Assembly (NCBI GenBank): GCA_965224465.1
Contig: OZ245049.1
Span: forward strand, 300,001 to 332,000
Source: Flavobacteriaceae bacterium
GTDB lineage: Bacteria; Bacteroidota; Bacteroidia; Flavobacteriales; Flavobacteriaceae
Length of the DNA: 32,000 nucleotides
Reading direction: 5' to 3'
The notes below the pieces were generated by a model. That model saw nothing but the letters and a program-made list of their open reading frames with translations. It searched no databases and was not told the origin of the DNA. A program made the translations under genes and the position numbers. This document shows, piece after piece, positions 24,638 through 32,000 of this stretch. Position 1 is the first letter of the stretch. Each line of letters starts with the position of its first letter.

Positions 24638-25651
24638 TTATATTTTTACTGAAGACACCATGTAATCGACAATTTTGGCTACTAATGTGGCTGTGACATT
24701 ATCTCTGTCTAAAGAAGGATTTAATTCTGCGATATCACAAGAAATTACCTTATTACTATCAAATAGAAAATCTAGCATTTTAAATAAAAAATAAGGCGTA
24801 AAACCTAAAGGAGATGGTGCACTTACACCTGGAGCATAGGCGGATGAAAATCCATCCATATCTACAGTAATATAAATATAATCATTATTCGAAATAAATG
24901 AAGAAAGCCTACTTTTTAGAATATCCATTTCATGACGTGCCGATTCACAATCGTAATTAATAGCGTAGTGAACATTCTCTTTTTTTGCAATGTCAAACAA
25001 TTCTCGGGTATTAGATTGTTGTTGAATTCCAACAGCAAAATAATCTATATGTTCCCCCTCTTTTTTCAGCTCTGTGATAATTTGATTGAAAGGCGTTCCT
25101 GAATTTGGACGTCCTTCAACCGGGCGTAAATCAAAATGTGCATCAAAATTAATAATACCAATTCTCTTTTTATCCCTTTTTTTGATCACATTCCAAATTC
25201 CCTTAAAATGTCCATAAGACATGTCGTGTCCACCTCCGACAGCTATAGGGAAAATCTGCTCTTGCAATAAGTTACTAATAACACTTGAAAATGCGTCTTG
25301 GCAGCCTTCCATATCATCTTCTTCACAACTGATATCTCCAACATCTGCTACGCACCTGTTTTCGAAATGTACGGGATGTTTCGCCAAGCGTTCTCTAAGA
25401 GCTTTTGGTCCTTGAGATGCACCAATTCTACCGCGATTTCTTCGAACACCTTCATCACATACATAGCCCAAAAGTGCAATGTCAATTTTTTTTTCTTTTA
25501 AGCCCTGTTTGTCAAGTGTTGTTAAATCAACTAACTTTATTTCTTGATACCAATATTGGTTGCCCATATCTGGGTTGGATGCTCTTCCCTCCCAATTCAG
25601 TTTTTGTGCAGGCTTATACAACGCTTTAGCGTTTTCTATAATCACTTTCAT
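24638..25651 (-). CDS. hutG: Formimidoylglutamase (arginase/ureohydrolase family)
   Basis: 337 aa. Mn-binding motifs GGGHD, NFDAHFD, TVDMDG. Last gene of the hut cluster. Confidence 0.88.
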   Translation of the reverse strand: MKVIIENAKALYKPAQKLNWEGRASNPDMGNQYWYQEIKLVDLTTLDKQGLKEKKIDIALLGYVCDEGVRRNRGRIGASQGPKALRERLAKHPVHFENRCVADVGDISCEEDDMEGCQDAFSSVISNLLQEQIFPIAVGGGHDMSYGHFKGIWNVIKKRDKKRIGIINFDAHFDLRPVEGRPNSGTPFNQIITELKKEGEHIDYFAVGIQQQSNTRELFDIAKKENVHYAINYDCESARHEMDILKSRLSSFISNNDYIYITVDMDGFSSAYAPGVSAPSPLGFTPYFLFKMLDFLFDSNKVISCDIAELNPSLDRDNVTATLVAKIVDYMVSSVKI

Positions 25652-25679
25652 TCTTCTTTATCGTCTAAATACTATTTGT

Positions 25680-27686
25680 TTAAAATAAATTCTCCAACAG
25701 TTCGTCTGCTACTATGTTAGGGAGTGTCACTTTTAAATTAGGTTCAATTGCCATTGCTCGTTTAATAGCAAACATAGCACCTTTATTTCTAGCCCAACTA
25801 CGACGTGATATTCCATTGTTTACATCCCAATGCAACATAGATTTTAAGCGTTTGTCTGCTTGTTCAGTTCCATCCAATAGCAGGCCAAAACCACCATTTA
25901 TCACTTCGCCCCATCCTACACCTCCACCGTTGTGGATACTTACCCATGTAGCACCTCTAAACGCGTCTCCAATAACATTTTGAATCGCCATATCTGCAGT
26001 GAATTTAGAACCATCATAAATATTGGAAGTTTCTCTATAAGGAGAATCTGTTCCAGATACATCGTGATGATCGCGTCCAAGTACTATTGGACCAATTTCT
26101 TTATTGGCAATGGCTTTGTTAAAGGCTTCTGCAATACGCATTCTTCCTTCTGCATCTGCATATAAAATTCTCGCCTGTGAGCCTACAACAAGATTATTGG
26201 CTTGCGCACCTTTTATCCATTGAATATTGTCTGCCATTTGCTGTTGAATTTCTTTGGGGGAAGTTTTCATCAATTCCTCTAAAATTTCCGCTGCAATGGT
26301 ATCTGTTTTTTCTAAATCTATAGGATTTCCTGAAGCACACACCCATCTAAATGGACCAAATCCATAATCAAAACACATTGGTCCCATAATATCCTGTACA
26401 TAACTTGGATATTTAAAATCAATACCGTTTACTGCCATTACATCTGCTCCTGCTCTTGAGGCTTCCAATAAAAAAGCATTTCCATAATCAAAGAAATACG
26501 TTCCTTTAGCAGTGTGATTATTCACAAAAGATGCATGTTTACGTAATGTTTCTTGAACCTTTACTTTAAATAATTCAGGCTCATTTGCCATCATGTTATT
26601 TGCTTCTTCAAAAGAAATTCCTTGTGGATAGTATCCACCAGCCCACGGATTGTGTAAGGAAGTTTGATCCGAACCTAAATCGACATAAACATTCTCAGTA
26701 TCAAATTTTTCCCAAACATCTACTACATTTCCTAAATAACCTATAGAAACAACTTCTTTCTTCTTCTTTGCCAATTTTACACGAGCTACCAAAGCATCGA
26801 TGTCCGAAATCACTTCGTCTATCCATCCTTGCTCATGTCGTATTTTTGTTATTTTAGCATTTACTTCGGCACAAACAGTAATACAACCAGCAATATTACC
26901 TGCTTTTGGCTGTGCTCCACTCATACCGCCTAAACCTGCCGTTAGAAAAACTTTACCTGCCAAACTTTCTCCATTTTTAGCAATTTTTCTTCCTGCATTA
27001 AGTAAGGTAATGGTAGTTCCATGTACGATTCCCTGAGGACCAATATACATGAATGAACCAGCGGTCATTTGACCATATTGACTCACTCCTAAAGCGTTGA
27101 ATTTCTCGTAATCGTCCTGCTTAGAATAGTTAGGTATCACCATTCCATTTGTGACAACAACTCTTGGCGCATCTTTATGAGATGGATATAAACCCATAGG
27201 ATGACCAGAATACATGACCAATGTCTGTTCGTCTGTCATTTCAGAAAGATATTGCATGGTCAATAAATACTGCGCCCAGTTAGAAAAAACGCCCCCATTT
27301 CCACCATAAGTGATTAATTCCAATGGGTGTTGCGCTACAGCATGACTTAGATTGTTCTGAATCATAAGCATGATAGCTTTGGCTTGGAGTGATTTCCCTG
27401 GGTAGTGATCTATCGGTCTCGCTTTTAATTCATAATCTGGATGAAAACGATGCATGTAAATACGCCCATAATCTTTGAGTTCCTTTGCAAATTCTACCGC
27501 CAATACCGCATGGTGTTTAGCATCAAAATACCGCAAGGCATTTCTGATTGCTAATTCCTTTTCTTCAACAGATAAAATATCTTTTCGTTTTGGAGCTCTA
27601 TTAATAGCCTTGTCAAAGGATTTTATAGAAGGCAGCTCTACGGGGATACCTTGTGTAATTTGATCTTGGAATGTCATAGTCTTCAT
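25680..27686 (-). CDS. hutU: Urocanate hydratase
   Basis: 668 aa of the long bacteroidetal type. Conserved blocks GGMSGAQP, YIGPQGIVHGT, WVSIHNGGGVGWGE. Confidence 0.95.
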   Translation of the reverse strand: MKTMTFQDQITQGIPVELPSIKSFDKAINRAPKRKDILSVEEKELAIRNALRYFDAKHHAVLAVEFAKELKDYGRIYMHRFHPDYELKARPIDHYPGKSLQAKAIMLMIQNNLSHAVAQHPLELITYGGNGGVFSNWAQYLLTMQYLSEMTDEQTLVMYSGHPMGLYPSHKDAPRVVVTNGMVIPNYSKQDDYEKFNALGVSQYGQMTAGSFMYIGPQGIVHGTTITLLNAGRKIAKNGESLAGKVFLTAGLGGMSGAQPKAGNIAGCITVCAEVNAKITKIRHEQGWIDEVISDIDALVARVKLAKKKKEVVSIGYLGNVVDVWEKFDTENVYVDLGSDQTSLHNPWAGGYYPQGISFEEANNMMANEPELFKVKVQETLRKHASFVNNHTAKGTYFFDYGNAFLLEASRAGADVMAVNGIDFKYPSYVQDIMGPMCFDYGFGPFRWVCASGNPIDLEKTDTIAAEILEELMKTSPKEIQQQMADNIQWIKGAQANNLVVGSQARILYADAEGRMRIAEAFNKAIANKEIGPIVLGRDHHDVSGTDSPYRETSNIYDGSKFTADMAIQNVIGDAFRGATWVSIHNGGGVGWGEVINGGFGLLLDGTEQADKRLKSMLHWDVNNGISRRSWARNKGAMFAIKRAMAIEPNLKVTLPNIVADELLENLF

Positions 27687-27687
27687 G

Positions 27688-29178
27688 TTAGTTTACAATA
27701 AATGCTTGTTCTTTTACCATAAGAATCATGGCATTGATATCGTCTTTTAATATTCTATCCTCTTCTAATTTATCTACTTTTTCACGTATAATTGCAAAAT
27801 TAGCATTTATAATCTCTGAAAATTTATTTGGTTTTCTAAATTCTAATGCCTGCGCACCATACATTAATTCAATGGCAAGTATTTTTTCAATATTCCCTAA
27901 AATTTGATTGAATTTACGACTAGATATACTTCCCATAGAAACGTGATCTTCTTGACCTAAAGAGGTTGGGACGCTATCTGCTGAAGGAGGAAAACAAAGT
28001 GATTTATTTTCGGTAACCAATGCTGCAGTCGTGTATTGAGGAATCATATAACCTGAATTTAATCCACCGCTTGCTGTTAGTAATCGCGGCAATCCATAAA
28101 GGCCTTCTAATAATAAATAGCAACGTCTGTCTGCAATATTTCCTAGTTCAGAAGATGCTAATGAGCAATAATCGATAGCCATAGCTAAAGGCTGTCCGTG
28201 GAAATTCCCGCCAGAAATCGCCTCTGTTTCACTCAAAATAATAGGATTATCTGTTACAGAGTTTAATTCAACTTCTGCTAATTCTAACAAATGAAAATAG
28301 GCATTACGAGAGGCGCCATGTACTTGAGGTATGCAGCGTAAAGAATACGGATCCTGAACACGGTCACAATCTTGATGAGACTCCAAGTTAGGGGATCCTT
28401 TTAACAGCATACGCATGCGTTCTGCCACCAATACAGTTCCTTTAAAAGGACGAATTTGATGTAGTTCTTCTCTAAATGGTGAGGCACTCCCTTGAAATCC
28501 TTCCAAACTCATAGCTCCTGCAACATCTGCTAAGTTTAATAGATATTCCATTTTTTGAAGTCCAATTACAGTATGTGCCAAAATAAATTGTGTACCATTT
28601 ATCAAACCCAATCCTTCTTTAGCTAGTAATTCTATCGGTTCTAACTTATATTTTTTAAGCACTTCTTTTGCTGGAACAATTTCATCATTGATCCAAAAAT
28701 CACCTTCACCCAATAATGGTAAAAACAAGTGAGATAAAGGAGCTAAATCTCCTGAGGCGCCAACAGATCCTTGTTCTGGGACTACAGGTAATAAATCGTT
28801 TTCTATAAAAAACAAGATGCGCTCTATCAAAGACAATCGAACTCCAGAAAAACCTTGACATAAAGCGTGAACCTTACAAATCATCATTATTTTTGATAAT
28901 TTTTTATCAATCAATTCTCCAACACCAACGGCATGCGTAATTAACAAATTGACTTGTAATTGACTGGTTTCTTCTTTTGAAATTTGAGTATCACACAAAG
29001 GACCAAATCCAGTGTTTATTCCGTATACAGCCTTATCTCCATGCGCCATTTTTTCTACTTTGGAGCGGCAGGCGTTTACTTTTTGAATTGTGATACTGCT
29101 AATGGTTGTTTTTAATTCACCTGAGGCGATTTTAATCACTTTGGCAACTGTGAGTTGATCTATTCCGTACTTAAACAT
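27688..29178 (-). CDS. hutH: Histidine ammonia-lyase
   Basis: 496 aa. MIO-forming GSVGASGDLAPLSHL motif. The stop codon lies 1 nt from the hutU start. Confidence 0.95.
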   Translation of the reverse strand: MFKYGIDQLTVAKVIKIASGELKTTISSITIQKVNACRSKVEKMAHGDKAVYGINTGFGPLCDTQISKEETSQLQVNLLITHAVGVGELIDKKLSKIMMICKVHALCQGFSGVRLSLIERILFFIENDLLPVVPEQGSVGASGDLAPLSHLFLPLLGEGDFWINDEIVPAKEVLKKYKLEPIELLAKEGLGLINGTQFILAHTVIGLQKMEYLLNLADVAGAMSLEGFQGSASPFREELHQIRPFKGTVLVAERMRMLLKGSPNLESHQDCDRVQDPYSLRCIPQVHGASRNAYFHLLELAEVELNSVTDNPIILSETEAISGGNFHGQPLAMAIDYCSLASSELGNIADRRCYLLLEGLYGLPRLLTASGGLNSGYMIPQYTTAALVTENKSLCFPPSADSVPTSLGQEDHVSMGSISSRKFNQILGNIEKILAIELMYGAQALEFRKPNKFSEIINANFAIIREKVDKLEEDRILKDDINAMILMVKEQAFIVN

Positions 29179-29224
29179 GAGAAATGGTTATTTTTTGTAA
29201 AGTTATTCTTATTTTTGATACTTA

Positions 29225-29240
29225 ACAATATCAATATTGT
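29225..29240. promoter_or_regulatory. Palindrome in the hutH/LysR divergent intergenic region, candidate LysR-type binding site
   Basis: ACAATAT-CA-ATATTGT with perfect 7-bp arms, 16 nt upstream of the LysR ATG. Confidence 0.4.
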
Positions 29241-29255
29241 GCATTAATAATAACT

Positions 29256-30134
29256 ATGAGTAATCAAATAGAACTAAGACACCTTAAATACTTTTTGGCA
29301 GTTGCTGAAGAGCTGCACTTTAGAAAAGCGGCTGAACGCCTATTTATCTCACAACCTGGCTTGAGTAGACAAATTAAGCAATTGGAAGCATCTTTGGATA
29401 CAGTTCTCTTTGAACGTACGAATAGAAAAGTGCAACTTACAAATGCAGGAGAGTATCTAAAAAAGGAAGCACACGTATATTTAAAGCACTTTGATCGTAT
29501 GCTCAGGCATACCAAATTAATAGATGCAGGTTTGGAAGGAAACCTTAAAATGGGCTATGTGGGGTCTGCAATGCAAAATTTTATTCCCGCGTTGTTACTC
29601 AAATTCAGAAAATTACATCCTACCATTCATTTTAAATTGTCGGAATTAGACAATCAAAAACAAATAGAAAACCTGATAGCACATAATATTGATTTGGGAT
29701 TTATACGCCTCGATCATGTTCCTAAAGGATTAAAAACTAAAACCGTTTTTGAAGATACGTTTTCTTTAGTACTACCTGATAATCACAAGGTTAATGCGTC
29801 CAATTTTAAGGGATTATTTCAGTTTAAGGACGAGCCTTTTATCCTGTTTGAAAAATCGTATAGCCCTGCTTATTTTGAAAAAGTAATGCAATTGTTTGAA
29901 CAAAGTGGTTTTAGCCCTATTGTTTCCCATAGCTCCGTTAATGCGAGTACAATATACAGATTGGTGGAAAATAATTTTGGAATTTCTATAGTTCCAACAT
30001 CTTTACAATTAGGCTATGCTATGAAGATTCAATTTATAGAACTGGAAAAAATGCCTCAACGAACTGTTTTATCGGCTGTCTGGAATAGTGAAAACAGAAA
30101 TCCAGTATTACAAAAAATGTTAAGATTGCTATAA
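29256..30134 (+). CDS. LysR-family transcriptional regulator
   Basis: 292 aa. N-terminal HTH LRHLKYFLAVAEELHFRKAAERLFISQPGLSRQIKQLE. Divergent from hutH. Confidence 0.9.
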   Translation: MSNQIELRHLKYFLAVAEELHFRKAAERLFISQPGLSRQIKQLEASLDTVLFERTNRKVQLTNAGEYLKKEAHVYLKHFDRMLRHTKLIDAGLEGNLKMGYVGSAMQNFIPALLLKFRKLHPTIHFKLSELDNQKQIENLIAHNIDLGFIRLDHVPKGLKTKTVFEDTFSLVLPDNHKVNASNFKGLFQFKDEPFILFEKSYSPAYFEKVMQLFEQSGFSPIVSHSSVNASTIYRLVENNFGISIVPTSLQLGYAMKIQFIELEKMPQRTVLSAVWNSENRNPVLQKMLRLL

Positions 30135-30279
30135 TACCGATTACAATTCAAAATGACCAATATAAATAGTTTATTTTACGTGCTGACGTTGTTAAAAAAT
30201 AGAACGATAGACTCTCTATTCTATCTAAAACAAATAATAATTACATTTCTAAACCATCACTTGGAAATATAGTTGGTAT
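30134..30279 (+). repeat. MITE-like element R1, copy I
   Basis: ATACCGATTACAATTCAAAATGACC ... ATAATTACATTTCTAAACCATCACTTGGAAATATAGTTGGTAT. Its first base is the last base of the LysR stop codon. Confidence 0.75.
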
Positions 30280-30302
30280 AATAGGATGTTTTAACCTACG
30301 GT

Positions 30303-30341
30303 AAAACAAAAAAGCTGACCGTATTTAATACAAGTCAGCTT
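30303..30341 (-). terminator. Rho-independent terminator candidate for the helicase gene
   Basis: Perfect 8-bp stem AAGCTGAC (30312-30319) / GTCAGCTT (30334-30341). On the minus strand it is followed by UUUUUUGUUUU. Confidence 0.6.
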
Positions 30342-30372
30342 TTATATTCTATTTAAGAACTATAAGATTCTC

Positions 30373-31932
30373 TTATTCCTCTGGTGGATATCCGAAAATT
30401 TCTTCGAAATCTCTATCGAAATTATCTCGTAAATAAAAACGTAATTTTGTGCGATAATCTTCTCGCAACCAATCCACAAAATTATGAGTAGAACGACTGA
30501 TACATTTGGTGTAACGTCCAATTCTAAAATCGATATCGTCTCCTAATTTTCGTGCTAAATCCATAGCGTCATATACATCTTCACTGTTTTCTATACAAAT
30601 TTTAGCTTGTTGCTTGATGGAACGTTCTAGTACCACTTTAGAAGATTCTCCTTTTGAAATTGCAGCAGTATACACTTTTCTGATATCAAAAGATACATCT
30701 TCTGATTTTGCAAACAATGCACGTAATTCTTTTGGCATTTCATAAGAAAAATGACTCTCAATTTCTTCATCATCTGCCAAACGCTCTAAGTAATAATTTG
30801 GAGATCTAAATATTTTTTCCCAATCCAAATCTGCCCCCCAAGGACCAAAACGTTGGATATTATTCCCGAAATCAAGTATTTTAAAAATAGATTTATTCTT
30901 TAAAATACGAGATCCACGTCCTATCATTTGATAATACAAAGACAAGGATTTGGTAGCTCTGTTTAATATAATTGTATTAATCGTAGGTTCGTCAAATCCC
31001 GTTGTTAATATACTCACAGAAGTCAATATAGCAGAAGGTGTGTTTTTGAACCAATCTAATATCCTTCTACGTTCTACTTTGGACGCAGTATTGTCTAGAT
31101 GTGCAATTTCGTATCCAGCTTCTTTAAATGTATTAAATACATGTATAGAAGTGTTAATACCATTGTTAAAGATCAATGTTTTCTTCCCTAAAGAATGTGT
31201 TTGATATGCTTGTACTAATTTGGAAAGCATGTCGTTATTAGTATATAAATCCTCCGATGATTTTACCGTATAATCACCATTAGACCCCACAACCAAAGAG
31301 GTTAGCCCTACATTGTAAGAATATGTTTCTGGCCTGGCTAAAAACTCGCTTTCTATCAGAGATTCTATGGTTTCTCCAACCAATAATTCTTGATAATTAT
31401 CGGTCATCGGTAATTTGACATTTGAACTTAAAGGTGTTGCTGTTACCCCTAAAATAAACGATTTGTCAAAAAATTTGAAAAGCTTTGTAAATGAATTATA
31501 ATGCGCTTCATCGATAATAACCAATCCGATATCCGAAATATCTAATTTCCCATCATTTAAACGGTTATTCAGTGTTTCAACCATGGCAACAAAACAACTG
31601 TATTTGTCTTGATCATCAAGGTTTGCTTTACTGTCAATAACTTTATTAACCACCCCAAATCCGTCTAGCATACCTGAAGTTTGCTTGCACAATTCAATAC
31701 GGTGAGTCATCACTAAAACACGTCTTTTATGATGTTTTAAATACTGACGAACAATTTCTGAAAAAATAACTGTTTTCCCTCCTCCTGTTGGAAGTTGGTA
31801 TAACAAATGATAATCATCCGGTGCATCTTCGAAACGTTTAAAAATTTCATTAATCGCACCTTTTTGATAGGCGTATAATTCCTTTCCTGTTTTTTTTTCA
31901 GTAGATTCTCCAGTTGGTACCTTCTCCGACAT
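30373..31932 (-). CDS. Superfamily-2 DEAD/DEAH-box helicase (ResIII-like N-domain) with ~140-aa unassigned C-terminal extension
   Basis: 519 aa. Motif I PTGGGKT, motif II IIDEAHY, motif III TATP, motif VI QMIGRGSR. Confidence 0.85.
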   Translation of the reverse strand: MSEKVPTGESTEKKTGKELYAYQKGAINEIFKRFEDAPDDYHLLYQLPTGGGKTVIFSEIVRQYLKHHKRRVLVMTHRIELCKQTSGMLDGFGVVNKVIDSKANLDDQDKYSCFVAMVETLNNRLNDGKLDISDIGLVIIDEAHYNSFTKLFKFFDKSFILGVTATPLSSNVKLPMTDNYQELLVGETIESLIESEFLARPETYSYNVGLTSLVVGSNGDYTVKSSEDLYTNNDMLSKLVQAYQTHSLGKKTLIFNNGINTSIHVFNTFKEAGYEIAHLDNTASKVERRRILDWFKNTPSAILTSVSILTTGFDEPTINTIILNRATKSLSLYYQMIGRGSRILKNKSIFKILDFGNNIQRFGPWGADLDWEKIFRSPNYYLERLADDEEIESHFSYEMPKELRALFAKSEDVSFDIRKVYTAAISKGESSKVVLERSIKQQAKICIENSEDVYDAMDLARKLGDDIDFRIGRYTKCISRSTHNFVDWLREDYRTKLRFYLRDNFDRDFEEIFGYPPEE

Positions 31933-32000
31933 AATTTGTTTTTATAAGTCTACAAAAATATAATATTAACGCTACAATAGTTGCAATTTTAATAAAATTA

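Noticed and set aside
2059-30279. Could the nine R1 repeats be a CRISPR-like array?
   Set aside because: The copies are kilobases apart, lie in both orientations, vary in length and are separated by ordinary genes. There are no short regular spacers and no cas genes.

Overview
This is a low-GC segment that looks like a Flavobacteriia (Bacteroidota) chromosome, judged from TAnnTTTG-type -7 boxes, flavobacterial TonB_C-type domains, a BlaI/M56 pair and overall gene content. I support about 25 CDS. They include: a 5'-truncated YKNG-repeat protein; a BlaI-family repressor with an M56/M23 fusion sensor-protease; an IS66 remnant (tnpA, tnpB, stub of tnpC) interrupted by a complete IS4-family element; an AraC regulator, a secreted DUF4331-like protein and a redoxin; a GNAT; a SEC-C zinc-ribbon protein; a ~1056-aa VIT-vWA-TonB_C-TPR-DUF2135-like secreted protein; a one-domain DEAD-box-like protein with a ThiE-like gene; a TlpA-like thioredoxin; DUF1853- and DUF4184-like proteins; an EamA transporter; an ABC-F ATPase; a hutH-hutU-hutG operon with a divergent LysR regulator; and an SF2 helicase. 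I saw no rRNA, tRNA or CRISPR array. The strongest signal not explained by genes is non-coding. Three intergenic repeat families form mosaics in almost every intergenic gap: R1, a 90-160 bp MITE-like inverted-repeat element with nine copies; R2, two ~175-bp direct repeats that bracket the IS-containing segment; and R3, an ~90-bp multi-hairpin element. A nine-unit heptamer array also lies upstream of the ABC-F gene. I did not find a convincing new multi-gene system such as a defence island. The protein-level oddities (M56-M23 fusion, VIT-vWA giant with embedded TonB_C-like domain, half DEAD-box protein) are reported with modest scores. All family calls come from motif recognition by eye, not from searches.
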